Assembly (NCBI GenBank): GCA_044222475.1
Contig: JBGANF010000006.1
Span: 32,001 to 96,000, forward strand
DNA from: Polyangiaceae bacterium
GTDB lineage: Bacteria; Myxococcota_A; Polyangia; Polyangiales; Polyangiaceae
Direction of reading: 5' to 3'
Length of the DNA stretch: 64,000 nucleotides
In this document: in pieces, positions 50,627 to 60,899 of the stretch
Numbering within the stretch: position 1 is the stretch's first letter
Layout of the letters: each line of letters starts with the position of its first letter
Made by a program: the position numbers and the translations under genes
The notes under the pieces: generated by a model
Told to the model about the DNA's origin: nothing
Databases searched by the model: none
The model's input: only the letters and a program-made list of their open reading frames with translations

Positions 50627-50724
50627 AACCGCCAGGGGCGCCAGGTACGCCAGGCCCGGATTGGGGTTGGCTCTGGGTGCAAGTCCTCCTCACTCCCTTG
50701 GCGCTCCTGGCGCTCCTGGCGGTT
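50627..50724. repeat. Palindromic 9-mer element, copy 2
   Basis: AACCGCCAGGGGCGCCAGGTACGCCAGG...CTTGGCGCTCCTGGCGCTCCTGGCGGTT. Confidence 0.7.
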
Positions 50725-50730
50725 CCTCTC

Positions 50731-51579
50731 TCAGAATCGCCGAGGCGTCGAGTCGGGCTGGCCGAGGTGCAGGAACACCGCATCCACGGTGGCATCGTCG
50801 AGGGCGCCCGCGCGCAAGCGCTCGGTCGCCTTGTCGATCGCGCCGCTCGCCGCGGTGCTCCGCCCGAGGAGCACGAGGGTCTTCGCGACGTGGAGGAGGC
50901 GCCGTAGGTTGATCGACTCGGAGAGGTGTCGCTCGGCGATGCGTCGCGTGCGCCCGGAGAAGAGCTCGCGCCGGGCGGCTTCGAGGTCGGTGCGAAGCTC
51001 CGAGGCGACGGCGAACGCGGCCTCGAAGCGGACGTCGGCGTCGGGGTCACCGCGGTGCACGAGCGTCTCCGCGACGCGCTCGCGGGCGAGTCGCATGCGA
51101 CGCTCGACGATGGCGTCGCTGAAGGCGGTCGATATGCCGAGGTTCGTCGCCGTGGCGACGCCGATGCCGATGGCGACCGCGAGGAGGCGCGTCTCGATCG
51201 CGACGGTCGCCGATGCGAACGGGAGCGCCGCGACGTAGACCGCGGACAGCGTCGCGATGGCGTATGCGGCGGCCATCCCGAACCGCGCGCACGCGAGCAC
51301 GGACAGGAAGACCGAGACGAGGACGACGAGCGGCGTGAGCGAAGGCGCGGGCAGCGCGAGCTTGAGGATGGTCGCGATGCCTCCGCCGAGGAGCGAGCCC
51401 GCGACCTGTTGCCCGCCGCGCTTGAGGCCCGCGTACGCGGTGGGCGACATGCACGCGATGGCGACGAACCCCGCCGACAGCGAATCGTGCACGCCGAACG
51501 CGAGGGCGAGGAGCACCGCGACGCTCGAGGCGAGCGCGGCCTTGATCGCGAGGAAGAGCGGATCGGTCAGCGAGCCCAT
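50731..51579 (-). CDS. Aromatic acid exporter / FUSC-like membrane protein
   Basis: AIKAALA..SAGFVAIACMSPT..G; RLLAVAIGIG..NL; about 5 TM plus a helical tail. Confidence 0.7.
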   Translation of the reverse strand: MGSLTDPLFLAIKAALASSVAVLLALAFGVHDSLSAGFVAIACMSPTAYAGLKRGGQQVAGSLLGGGIATILKLALPAPSLTPLVVLVSVFLSVLACARFGMAAAYAIATLSAVYVAALPFASATVAIETRLLAVAIGIGVATATNLGISTAFSDAIVERRMRLARERVAETLVHRGDPDADVRFEAAFAVASELRTDLEAARRELFSGRTRRIAERHLSESINLRRLLHVAKTLVLLGRSTAASGAIDKATERLRAGALDDATVDAVFLHLGQPDSTPRRF

Positions 51580-51583
51580 GGTC

Positions 51584-52144
51584 CTAGTTCTCCAGCTCCA
51601 TGATCACCTCGTCGAACCAGGATTCGACCGTCTTGCGGAACGGCCACATCCAGCCGTAGTCCGGGCCCACGAAGCGATCGACGATGTGAGCGCGCAGGGC
51701 CTTCGCCGCGTTCAGGCCGTAGTGCTCTTCGGTCGCGCGGATGGTCTCGACGTAGGCCTCCCACTCGATGCGCGCTCGGCCCCACGCGAGCCCGATGGGG
51801 AAGATCGGGATCAAGTAGACGAAGCCCATGACCACGTCGCCCATCCTTCGGCGTTGGCGGAGGTGGATGCGCTCGTGTCGCAGCAAGATCACGCGGTCGA
51901 CGTCGTCGAGGCGATCCCACGAGGTCGGTACCCAAAGGGTACCGAAGAGGACGGTGTGGTAGCTCGTCAGGTACGAGCTCATCTTGCCGAGTGTGAGGAT
52001 GCGCAGCGCGCGGTCGATCGCCTTCTGCAGACCCGACGTGCTCTTGTAGCGGATCTGGAACGACGGAAACTCCGACTCGAGCTCCTCGAGGAACGCGGAG
52101 TACTTGGGCGTCGAGAACGGCGGCTTGCTCGTGTGATCGATCAC
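51584..52144 (-). CDS. Hypothetical HExxH protein
   Basis: LRHERIHLRQ..RIEWEAY; GTGA-coupled to lhr. Confidence 0.75.
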   Translation of the reverse strand: MIDHTSKPPFSTPKYSAFLEELESEFPSFQIRYKSTSGLQKAIDRALRILTLGKMSSYLTSYHTVLFGTLWVPTSWDRLDDVDRVILLRHERIHLRQRRRMGDVVMGFVYLIPIFPIGLAWGRARIEWEAYVETIRATEEHYGLNAAKALRAHIVDRFVGPDYGWMWPFRKTVESWFDEVIMELEN

Positions 52145-55100
52145 GCGTAGGTCTTTCGCTTCATGTAGCCGCGCGCCGTGCGGTCGAAGCCGGCGCCGCC
52201 GAGGTACGGACCCAGCGCGCTCTCGCGGGCGGCGAGGCCGTCGATGCGCTCGATCGCGAGGGCGCGTCGCCGCCCGCCGTCGACCTCGGCGGCGAGGAGT
52301 CGCGCGATCGCTTCGAGGTACGCCGCGCGCTCGGCCTCGGCCTGCGGGAGGAACGTCGTGAGCGAGCCGCCGCTCTCGTCGGGGCGGGCGTAGGCCGCGA
52401 GATCGCCGGAGACGAGGATCACGTACGCGCCGGGGACGCGCGCGAGGCGCGGCTTCGCCTCGCCTTCGGCCCGCGCGCCGTCGGGCCACGGCAGGATCGC
52501 ACCGTACGGGTTCGCGGGATCCACGGCGGAGAGGAGCACCGCGTGGCTCGTGTCGATCGCCGCGGAGCGGAGGGCGCGAAGTCGATCGGTCGCTTCGGCG
52601 AGCGCGAACTGCGCCGCGCCGCGGCCTTCGACGAAGTACCCGCGCTGGACGCGGCCCGAGTCTTCGAGGGCTTTCAGCACGCCATAAACCGCGCTGAAGC
52701 CGCCGGTGAGCGACTCGGCGGAGGCGGCTTCGCGCACGACGACGCCCCAACGGAGCAGCAGGCTCTCGGCGAGCGCGAGCGCGCGCTTGGACGGATCGCT
52801 CGCGTCTCCGAGGCGCGACGCGCGAAGGGCGAAGCGGCCCTGCGGTCCCTTCGGCGCGCTCGTGGACGCGGCGTGGAGGAAGCGCAACCGCGGCGGTTGG
52901 GGCCGGCGCTGCTGCGCGGGGGCGTGGGCGGTGAGGCGCCGGATCGGATCGAAGGTGTCGTTCGTGATCTCCCCGGCCCAGAGGAGATCGTAGAGGGCGT
53001 GCTCGACGTCGCTCGGAAACGCCCCGGTCAGGCGCACGAGATCGGCGAAGAAGAGCGCGCCACGTGCGTGGAGCTCGTCGCGCAGCCGCGTCGCGAGGTC
53101 GCCTTCGGCCGGCGTGATCGTCCGCGCGAGCCACGGCTCGTGCTCGGCGAGGTAGAGCGCGACGCGCCCGTCGCGATCGCCGACCGGTTCGATGCCGGCC
53201 CAGACGACCTGCCCCGAGGTCAGCAGCGCGTCGAGATCGCCGCGCTCGTACCCGGGCACCCGCGCGGGGAAGATCTCGGTCTCGAGGATGGACGCGTTCA
53301 ACGGGGTGCCCTCGAGCTGGACGATCGCGTCGAGGAGCCGACCCTCGCGCTCGGAGCGCGATCCTCGTGCGCCTGGAGCGGCGGTCCCGACGTTCTGCCA
53401 CTCGAGGAGGAAGCGCGCGTACGTCGCAGGCGAGACCGGCTCGATCTCGGCGCGGGCTTGGGCGCGCGCGCGCCGACGCAGCGACGCAAGCACGTCCTTC
53501 CCGACCCACTCGACGCCGCTGCCACCCGGACGGAACGCGCCGCGGACGACACGGTCGTCCTTCTCCAGCCCACGAAGGACCTCCTCGACGCGCGGCTCGG
53601 AGATCGACCAGCGCGCCGCGATCTCGCGGGCGAGGAACGGCGCGTGGGTGCGCGCGTAGCGCGCGACGAGGTCGACGAGCGGCGCTTTCACCGGATCGAG
53701 CAGCGCTGACGGAATCCCTCGCGGGAGCGAGCACCCGAGGGCGTCACGGTACCGCGCAGCGTCCTCGATGGCGATCGTGCGCGCTTCGCCGGCCACTCGG
53801 ATCGTGATCACGCGGCGGTCGGCTTCGAGCGCGCCGAGCGCGGCGGGGTCGGTGCAGCGCTCTCGTACCTCGTTGGTACCGAGGTCGCCGATGACGCGCA
53901 GGACGTCGAGCAGCTGCTCCGCGTTCTCGGCCGGGCGCTCGATGCGCTGGAGTCGCTTCTCTTCGCTCGCGAGCAGCTCGTCGTCGAAGAGCGCGCGCAG
54001 CTCGGCCTCGCCGAGGAGCTCCCGCAGCTTCTCGTGATCGATCCCCAGCGCTTGGGCGCGGCGCTCGGCGAGCGGGAGATCGCCGTCGTAGATGAAGTTG
54101 GCGACGAACGAGAAGAGGAGAGAGCTCGCGAACGGCGAGGGGCGCCGCGTGTCGACGTGGGCGACGCGGATCTTCCGCTTCTCCACGCCCTCGAGGACGT
54201 CGCGCAGGCCCGGCATGTCGAACACGTCACGGAGGCACTCGCGGTAGGTCTCGAGGACGATCGGAAACGACGGGTAGCGCGAGGCCACGCTCAGGAGATC
54301 GTGGGCGCGCTTGCGCTGGGCCCACAGCGGCGACCGTTTGCCCGGCCGGCGCCGCGGGAGGAGGAGCGCGCGGGCAGCAGCCTCGCGAAAGCGGGCGGCG
54401 AACAGCGACGACTGGGCGAGGGACGACTCGACGAGGGCGGTGACGTCGTCCCTCTTTGGGATGAACGCTTCGAGCGGCAGCTCGGTGTCCGACGCGGTGA
54501 CGCGGAGCGCGATGCCGTCGTCCGACCACACGGCGTCGGGATCTCCGGCGCCGAGGTCGGCGAGCCGCGCGAGGATCGCCATTGCCCACGGCGCGTGAAC
54601 CCGCGCGCCGAACGGCGACAGCACGCAGATCCGGAGGTCCCCGATGTCGTCGGTGAAGCGCTCGACGAGGATCGTCTTGTCCGACGGGACGAGGGTGGTG
54701 GCGGCCTTCTGCTCGGCGACGTACGCGATGAGGTTCTTCACCGCCGCGTCGTCGAGCCCGTAGTCGTTGGCGAGGAGTGCGCGCGCGTCTTTGCCTTTCG
54801 CTCCGCTCTCGATTGCGCGAGTGAGCGCGCCGATGCGCTCGCCGAACGCCTTCGTTCGGCCGACGCGGTCGCCGTGCCAGAAGGGCATCTTGCCGGGCTG
54901 CCCGGCGGCAGGGGTCACCATCACGCGATCGTTCGTGATCTCGTCGGCGCGCCACGAGCTCGCGCCGAGCAGGAACACCTCGCCCTCGCGGAGCTCGAAG
55001 ACCATCTCTTCGTCGAGCTCGCCGACGCGTTTGGGACGGGTCGTCTCGCTCCCGGTGGCGAGGAACACGCCGTAGAGGCCGCGATCGGGGATGGTGCCGC

Positions 55101-56667
55101 CGCTCGTGATCGCGAGCTGCTTCGTCCCCGGGCGGGCGTGGAGTCTGCCGCGCACGCGATCCCAGTGGAGGCGAGGGCGCAGCTCGGCGAAGTCGTCCGA
55201 GGGGTAGCGCCCGGTGAGCATGTCGAGGACCTCTTCGAACGCGCCGCGAGGGAGCGTGCGGAACGGCGTCGCCCGGCGAATCAGCGCGTGCAGCTCCTCG
55301 ACGTCGGTGGGCTCGTCGCTCGCGGCGCAGATCGCGACGATCTGCTGCGCGAGCACGTCGAGCGGGTTCTCGAGCGCGCGAGTCTCCTCGACGTCGCTCG
55401 CGCGCATGCCGGCGGCCGCCGCTGCGCACGCGAGGAGGTCGGCGCGGTGCTTCGGCAGCAGGATCCCCTTGGGCACGCCGCCGACCTGGTGGCTCGCGCG
55501 CCCGACGCGTTGGAGGCCCGACGCGATGGAGGGCGGCGCCTCGACCTGGATGACGAGATCGACCGCGCCCATGTCGATGCCGAGCTCGAGCGACGACGTC
55601 GCGACGATCGCGGGGAGCTCGCCGCGCTTGAGCTTGTCCTCGATGACCGCACGCTTCTCGCGTGCGACCGAGCCGTGATGGGCGAGGGCGAGCTCCTTGC
55701 CTGCGGCATCGTTCAGCGCGGTGGCGAGACGCTCGGCGAGGCGGCGGCTGTTGACGAAGACCATCGTCGAGCGGTGCGCTTCGATGTCGGCGACGATGCG
55801 CCGGTGGAGGTGCGGCCAGATCGACCGCGGCTCGTGCGGCTCCGAAGGGTCGATCTCGCCGTCGCCGGAGCCAGGCCCGCTGTCGCGATCGCCGAGCCTC
55901 GCCATGTCGACGTCGGGGGTCGACACCGAGAGGACGAGATCGCGCCGGGCCCCGGCATCGACGATCGTCACCGGTCGCGGGCCGTCATCGTCGTAGCCGC
56001 CGAGCACGCGGGCGACCTCTTCGAGCGGCTTCTGCGTCGCCGAGAGGCCGATGCGCTGGAGGCGCCCGCCGTGACGGATCGCCTCGAGGCGCTCGAGCGA
56101 GACGAAGAGGTGCGCTCCGCGCTTGTTCGCGACGAGCTGATGGATCTCGTCGACGATCACGGTCTCGACGCCGCGCAGCGTCTCCGCCGCCTGGGACGTG
56201 AGCATCAGGTAGAGCGACTCGGGCGTCGTGATGAGGACGTCGGGCGGGTGACGGCGCATCCGCGCGCGCTCCGTCGCGGTCGCGTCTCCGGTGCGCACGG
56301 CGACGGAGATCTCTTTGGCCGTCTCGCCGCGTGCGCGCGCGTGCTCGAGGATGCCCATGAGCGGCGCGCGGAGGTTCCGCTCCACGTCGACCGCGAGCGC
56401 TTTGAGCGGCGACACGTAGAGGACGCGCACGCTCTCGCCGCGCGTCTTCTTCGGGCTCTTTCCGAACGCGAGGCGGTCGAGCGCCCAGAGGAACGCCGCG
56501 AGCGTCTTTCCCGACCCGGTCGGGGCGCAGATGAGCGTGGACTCGCCGCGCGCGATGGGCGGCCAACCGAGGCTCTGCGCGAGGGTCGGCTCGCCCATCG
56601 CCGCAGAGAAATATCGGCGAGTGGCTTCGGAGAATCCCGCGAGCGGATCCGGACGGGCGCGACGCAT
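52141..56667 (-). CDS. lhr: Large Lhr-family DEAH helicase
   Basis: APTGSGKT, TTPESL, VDEIH, LSAT, HHGS, LELGIDMG, QRVGRA; long C-terminal domain with RGYFVEG..QFA and DPANPYG; start re-called. Confidence 0.93.
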   Translation of the reverse strand: MRRARPDPLAGFSEATRRYFSAAMGEPTLAQSLGWPPIARGESTLICAPTGSGKTLAAFLWALDRLAFGKSPKKTRGESVRVLYVSPLKALAVDVERNLRAPLMGILEHARARGETAKEISVAVRTGDATATERARMRRHPPDVLITTPESLYLMLTSQAAETLRGVETVIVDEIHQLVANKRGAHLFVSLERLEAIRHGGRLQRIGLSATQKPLEEVARVLGGYDDDGPRPVTIVDAGARRDLVLSVSTPDVDMARLGDRDSGPGSGDGEIDPSEPHEPRSIWPHLHRRIVADIEAHRSTMVFVNSRRLAERLATALNDAAGKELALAHHGSVAREKRAVIEDKLKRGELPAIVATSSLELGIDMGAVDLVIQVEAPPSIASGLQRVGRASHQVGGVPKGILLPKHRADLLACAAAAAGMRASDVEETRALENPLDVLAQQIVAICAASDEPTDVEELHALIRRATPFRTLPRGAFEEVLDMLTGRYPSDDFAELRPRLHWDRVRGRLHARPGTKQLAITSGGTIPDRGLYGVFLATGSETTRPKRVGELDEEMVFELREGEVFLLGASSWRADEITNDRVMVTPAAGQPGKMPFWHGDRVGRTKAFGERIGALTRAIESGAKGKDARALLANDYGLDDAAVKNLIAYVAEQKAATTLVPSDKTILVERFTDDIGDLRICVLSPFGARVHAPWAMAILARLADLGAGDPDAVWSDDGIALRVTASDTELPLEAFIPKRDDVTALVESSLAQSSLFAARFREAAARALLLPRRRPGKRSPLWAQRKRAHDLLSVASRYPSFPIVLETYRECLRDVFDMPGLRDVLEGVEKRKIRVAHVDTRRPSPFASSLLFSFVANFIYDGDLPLAERRAQALGIDHEKLRELLGEAELRALFDDELLASEEKRLQRIERPAENAEQLLDVLRVIGDLGTNEVRERCTDPAALGALEADRRVITIRVAGEARTIAIEDAARYRDALGCSLPRGIPSALLDPVKAPLVDLVARYARTHAPFLAREIAARWSISEPRVEEVLRGLEKDDRVVRGAFRPGGSGVEWVGKDVLASLRRRARAQARAEIEPVSPATYARFLLEWQNVGTAAPGARGSRSEREGRLLDAIVQLEGTPLNASILETEIFPARVPGYERGDLDALLTSGQVVWAGIEPVGDRDGRVALYLAEHEPWLARTITPAEGDLATRLRDELHARGALFFADLVRLTGAFPSDVEHALYDLLWAGEITNDTFDPIRRLTAHAPAQQRRPQPPRLRFLHAASTSAPKGPQGRFALRASRLGDASDPSKRALALAESLLLRWGVVVREAASAESLTGGFSAVYGVLKALEDSGRVQRGYFVEGRGAAQFALAEATDRLRALRSAAIDTSHAVLLSAVDPANPYGAILPWPDGARAEGEAKPRLARVPGAYVILVSGDLAAYARPDESGGSLTTFLPQAEAERAAYLEAIARLLAAEVDGGRRRALAIERIDGLAARESALGPYLGGAGFDRTARGYMKRKTYA

Positions 56668-56691
56668 CGGTGGGGTAGAGTAGCGCGCCTC

Positions 56692-57363
56692 ATGCTCGAT
56701 GCGGTCGTCGTGGCGCAGGAGTTCGTCGGTTCGGCGGGGAGCGCCGACCCGATCGACTTCGTCCACGACCGGCGGTTCGGCGTCGCGAGCGCGGGGCTCG
56801 GGTTTCGCTATGGCCGTTCGCTCGACCACTCCGCCGGCGCCCTGCCGTGGAGCGGCTACGATCTCCAGTTCGGGGCGTTCGCCCGAGCGCTCTGGGGCAA
56901 GCGAGTCGGCTGGGCGTTCGGGCTCGGGTTCAGCGCCGGGGGGATCGTGCCGCAAGGCGTCGACTTCCGGTTCGATTTCCTCCCCGCCGGCTTCGGGGTC
57001 GCCCTTCCGAGAATGGGCTTCGTCTCGGTGATGGGCGGAATCCGCCCGGTGCTCTCTTCGTACGATCCGTACGGTCTGTTCCTCTTCCCGGTCGAGCTGC
57101 GCGCTGAGATCGACTTCTGCCGCTGCGCGCGCCTGATCGTCGCGGCCGAGCTCGACTTCTCGACGGTCGGCCGCGGCACCATCCCCGGCACCGATGGGTT
57201 TTCGGCGCTGATTGCGCTGCGTTACCGGGGCGGTCGGTCCACGTCGGGTGAGCGATCGGGCAGCATCGCGCGAGGGCGGTTCGTGGGGGTTCAGATGTGG
57301 GAGGTGCGGGGCGTCCCGTACCTCGGCTTCGTCCTCGGCGTCGAAGCCGGCTTCGGCGGATGA
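56692..57363 (+). CDS. Hypothetical beta-barrel-like protein
   Basis: Aromatic/Gly-rich alternating strands; fills the intergenic gap. Confidence 0.5.
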   Translation: MLDAVVVAQEFVGSAGSADPIDFVHDRRFGVASAGLGFRYGRSLDHSAGALPWSGYDLQFGAFARALWGKRVGWAFGLGFSAGGIVPQGVDFRFDFLPAGFGVALPRMGFVSVMGGIRPVLSSYDPYGLFLFPVELRAEIDFCRCARLIVAAELDFSTVGRGTIPGTDGFSALIALRYRGGRSTSGERSGSIARGRFVGVQMWEVRGVPYLGFVLGVEAGFGG

Positions 57364-57420
57364 GTTGTCCCAAAATGGGATGACTGGCGAATCGAGTCGA
57401 AACCAGATACGTTGGTGGAG

Positions 57421-57996
57421 ATGGGCTCGTCCAAGAAGCCGCCCCCGCCCGCGCCGTCGCGCAAGCCGCCGCCGCCTCTTCCGGCGAAGTCTCAAGCGCC
57501 TCAGCCCACGAAGCCCGCTCCGCAGACCAAGACGTCCGCACCCCCGACGAAGCCCGCCGTGCCGCCGCCGCCGCCGCAGGGACGCAAGCCGCCGACCTGG
57601 GTCAAGCAAGGACCAGCGCCACGCTCGACGATCGAGGTCGACACGTCGTGGCTGCTCGAGGAGGCTCAGGCGATCCCACCTTCCGCGCCGGTGCCCGGGT
57701 CGATGCGGCCTCGCCACGCGACGATGGAAGTGAAGCTCGAGTGGCTGGAGGAAGCCCCCACGCGGAAGAGCTCGGTGCCGCTCAAATCGAAGAAGGGGCC
57801 GCCGCCGCTTCCGCGCGAGGAGCCGCCCGACGAGCCGCCGACGAAGAGCAAGCGCAAGATGCCTCCGACGCTTCCACCGGAGGAGCTCGCGAAGCGACCG
57901 TCGCGCGCGATGAAGGCGGTCCGCAAAGGACCGCCGCCGCTGCCGCGCGAAGAGCCCGACGACGAACCGAAGACGCGGCGCTCGAAGCGGCCCTGA
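57421..57996 (+). CDS. Pro/Lys-rich disordered protein with internal repeats
   Basis: Two T[IM]EV..[SE]WL.E motifs and two KGPPPLPREEP motifs. Confidence 0.7.
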   Translation: MGSSKKPPPPAPSRKPPPPLPAKSQAPQPTKPAPQTKTSAPPTKPAVPPPPPQGRKPPTWVKQGPAPRSTIEVDTSWLLEEAQAIPPSAPVPGSMRPRHATMEVKLEWLEEAPTRKSSVPLKSKKGPPPLPREEPPDEPPTKSKRKMPPTLPPEELAKRPSRAMKAVRKGPPPLPREEPDDEPKTRRSKRP

Positions 57997-57998
57997 CC

Positions 57999-58670
57999 TC
58001 AGCGATCGTCGAAGCCGATGCGCCCCGGCCCGAAGGGGACGATGAGCGCTGGCGGCCAGAGGTCGAAGCCGAACGCGAAACCGAAGAGGTGGATCTCGAA
58101 GCCCTCTTTGATGCCGAGCTTGATCCCGAAGATCGGCGTGTCGATCTGGAAGCCGGTTCCTTCGCTCGTGTCGGTGATGCCGAGCCAACCGCGATGGTCG
58201 CGCCCGATCGCCGTCGCCGGGAGCGTGCCGAGGATGTCGCAGCGGCGCATCATCGTCTCCACGTAGGTGTTCGAGTTCGGCCCCGGCAGCGGGATGTAGA
58301 TGTGATCGTCGTCCCAGCCCTTCGTCTCGCGCTCGAGGCACGCGATCATCGTCTCGGCCTCCGGTCCGCGGTAGATCGCGTGGACCATGACGCCGCCGCC
58401 GCCGTGATCGTAGAGCGGGTTCGCCATGTGATGCTCGCCGGTGCTGCCCCAGAGCTCGAAGGTGCTCCACTGCGTCGAGCTCTTCCTCCGCACCGCGAAC
58501 CACGCGTGACGAGCGACGTCGTCGATGGGAGGCGGCATCAGTCCGCTCGCGACGAGGACCGCAGCCTGACCATCGTTCGGTGGCACCGCGACCGGTCGCT
58601 GCCAGACGACGCAACCGCTGCTCGCGAGCGCGAAGGCGAGGACGGCGGCATGCGGTCCGACGCGGGTCAT
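57999..58670 (-). CDS. DUF3750-like lipoprotein
   Basis: Lipobox ASSGC; ARHAW, Y..LPGPNSNTYV, LPATAIGRDH. Confidence 0.8.
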   Translation of the reverse strand: MTRVGPHAAVLAFALASSGCVVWQRPVAVPPNDGQAAVLVASGLMPPPIDDVARHAWFAVRRKSSTQWSTFELWGSTGEHHMANPLYDHGGGGVMVHAIYRGPEAETMIACLERETKGWDDDHIYIPLPGPNSNTYVETMMRRCDILGTLPATAIGRDHRGWLGITDTSEGTGFQIDTPIFGIKLGIKEGFEIHLFGFAFGFDLWPPALIVPFGPGRIGFDDR

Positions 58671-58696
58671 GGGCACGTGGTATCACAGACGGCGCG

Positions 58697-59299
58697 ATGT
58701 TCTCCGGTCGCTCGCTCGTCGTCGCCGCCTGGTCTGCGCTGGTCGCCGTCGTGGCGTGCTGTCCGGAGGAAGAGCCTGCCCACCCTCGGTACGTCCCGAG
58801 GAGAGGGGCGCGCGAGACGTGCGCCGACACCCCGATCCTGGGCACGCCGTCGCAGATGACGATCGTGCCGGGCGCCACCTCCGGGCCCGCGATCGATGCT
58901 CCTCAGGCGTGCCCAGGGCGAGCCTGGGAGGGCGGCTTCTACATTCGCGTGCACGGCCACGGCGAGCGGAAGCTCGCGTACGACCGGCGGCCCAACGCGT
59001 GCGACACGCCGGAGGCAGACCGCACCGAGTGCCCGACGATCTCGGTCCATGCGTTCTCGAACGCGGTCCTCGTCGCGATGAAGCGGCGCGTGGGCGATGC
59101 GAACGCGGACGGGCTGGGGCTCGGGGTGTGCGGGAAGGTGAGCGCTCCCCTCGATCAGTGGAACCTCTCGTCGCGGGTGCACGACTGGCGCTTCGTCGAC
59201 GAGGCGCTCCGCGCGATCGACGAGGAGCTCCGCCGGTGGAACGCGGCAGGAGACTACGGGTTGTCGATCTCCGGCATCCCTTGCATGGTGCTCGAGTGA
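58697..59299 (+). CDS. Hypothetical Cys-rich lipoprotein
   Basis: MFSGRSLVVAAWSALVAVVAC signal; fills the gap, convergent with fmt. Confidence 0.6.
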   Translation: MFSGRSLVVAAWSALVAVVACCPEEEPAHPRYVPRRGARETCADTPILGTPSQMTIVPGATSGPAIDAPQACPGRAWEGGFYIRVHGHGERKLAYDRRPNACDTPEADRTECPTISVHAFSNAVLVAMKRRVGDANADGLGLGVCGKVSAPLDQWNLSSRVHDWRFVDEALRAIDEELRRWNAAGDYGLSISGIPCMVLE

Positions 59300-60262
59300 C
59301 TACCGTCCGAGGACGTCGCCCTCGGCGACTCCACGGCCGAGGAACCAGTCGGCTCCCCGCATGGGCTTCTTCCCCTCGAGCTGCACCTGGGTGAGCTCGA
59401 GCGCGCCCGCTCCGCACGCGATCACGACGCGGGACTTGTCGGCGAGGATGACGGTGCCCGGCGCCGCGGTCGACGTGGCGCCTTGTACCAAAGTGGTACG
59501 ATGAACGAGGACGCGCTTACCGCGGAGGCTCGTCTGCCCGAGCGGCCACGGGTTCATCCCCCGGACGTGGGCGTGGACCGAGCGCGCCGGCTTCGTCCAG
59601 TCGATCGTGCCGTGGTCCTTGGTGAGGATCGGAGCGAGCGTGGCCGCCGCGTCGTCCTGCTTTTTCTCCTCGAGCTCGCCGCGGAGGAAGCGGGGGATGC
59701 CTTCGCGGACGGCGCGGGCTGCGAGCTCGCCGAGGCGCGGCGCGAGCTCGCCGGCGGTCTCGTCTTCGCCGATGGGGAGCGTCCACGTCTCGAGCATCGG
59801 TCCGGTGTCGAGGCCGGCGTCCATCTTCATGAGCGTGATGCCAGTCTCGGTCTCGCCCTGGGCGATGGCCCACTGGATGGGCGCGGCGCCGCGGTACTTC
59901 GGGAGGATCGACGCGTGGAGGTTCAGGCACCCGAGGCGCGGGCCTTCGAGGACGTCGCTCGGGAGGATGCGACCGTACGCGATGACGACGGCGAAGTCGG
60001 CGTTGGCCGCCTTCACCTTGGCGCCGAACTCGCCGGTGCGGAGCTTGACCGGTTGCTCGAGCGGAAGACCGAGCGCGGTCGCACGCACCTTCACCGGCGG
60101 TGCGGTGAGCACCTGATGGCGGCCGACGGGCTTGTCGGGTTGGCAGACGACGAAGACGACCTCGGCGAGCTCGACGAGTGCGTCGAGGCTCGGAACGGCG
60201 ATGTCGGGGGTGCCGAAGAGGGCGCCTGGCCGACGGGGCTGCGCCCCGGACTCGGCACTCAC
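59300..60262 (-). CDS. fmt: Methionyl-tRNA formyltransferase
   Basis: FGTPD, QPDKPVGR, AYGRIL, NLHASILPKYRGAAPIQ, MDAGLDTG, QLEGKK. Confidence 0.95.
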   Translation of the reverse strand: MSAESGAQPRRPGALFGTPDIAVPSLDALVELAEVVFVVCQPDKPVGRHQVLTAPPVKVRATALGLPLEQPVKLRTGEFGAKVKAANADFAVVIAYGRILPSDVLEGPRLGCLNLHASILPKYRGAAPIQWAIAQGETETGITLMKMDAGLDTGPMLETWTLPIGEDETAGELAPRLGELAARAVREGIPRFLRGELEEKKQDDAAATLAPILTKDHGTIDWTKPARSVHAHVRGMNPWPLGQTSLRGKRVLVHRTTLVQGATSTAAPGTVILADKSRVVIACGAGALELTQVQLEGKKPMRGADWFLGRGVAEGDVLGR

Positions 60263-60821
60263 CGGCACTTCTTCCGCGCCGGAAAGCGCCCCCACCCATG
60301 CACTTCTTCCACGCCGCCGTGTTTCGCGAGGCCATCGCGCACGTGTACTGCTTCTTCGTCGTCTTCTGGGCGCACTCGCCCTTCATGCCGGAGAGCGCGT
60401 CACCCAGCTGGCCAGTCTGGCCGTTGAGATCGGGGAGCGGGATGTGGTTCTCGGTCGACATCATCGTGAGGAACTTGTTGATCACGGTGTCGCACTCTTT
60501 CGACGAGAGCCCACCAGGGTGCGTGGGTCCGGTCGGTGCGGCCGATGCGGCCGGCGCAGCGCCAGCGTCGGGCTTGTCGTCGCCGCCGAGGGGCGTCGGC
60601 CCGGTGCCGGTGCCGGTGGTTCCACCGCCACCGCCGCCACTGCTCGTCGTTCCGCCGCCGCCCGTGGTTCCGCCGCCGCCGCCGCCACCGTTGTCGGTGC
60701 CGCCGCCGTGCGTTCCGCTGCTGTTGATCGGCACCTCTTCCACCGGGGGCGGCTTCTGGGATGAACCGCAGGCCAAGGCCACGACGACGGGGAGGAGCAT
60801 GAAGATGGACCGAGGAGTCAT
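60259..60821 (-). CDS. Gly-rich lipoprotein with a 4-Cys helical C-terminal domain; 3' end disrupted by a 35-bp imperfect duplication
   Basis: Lipobox ALAC; EC...EC...QYTCAMA..AWKKC; the stop TGA at 60259-60261 is in frame only with the second repeat copy. Confidence 0.65.
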
Positions 60822-60899
60822 GAGCGGGACAAGCCTAGCGAAATCCTGGGCGCGGAGAAAGGTGGGCGGCGGTGCTACGATCGGCGCTGGAGGTCCCTG

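Noticed and set aside
52141..58878. 2245-aa giant ORF
   Set aside because: GC-rich read-through; the Lhr-like sequence begins at 56667, and the upstream part overlaps three better-supported genes
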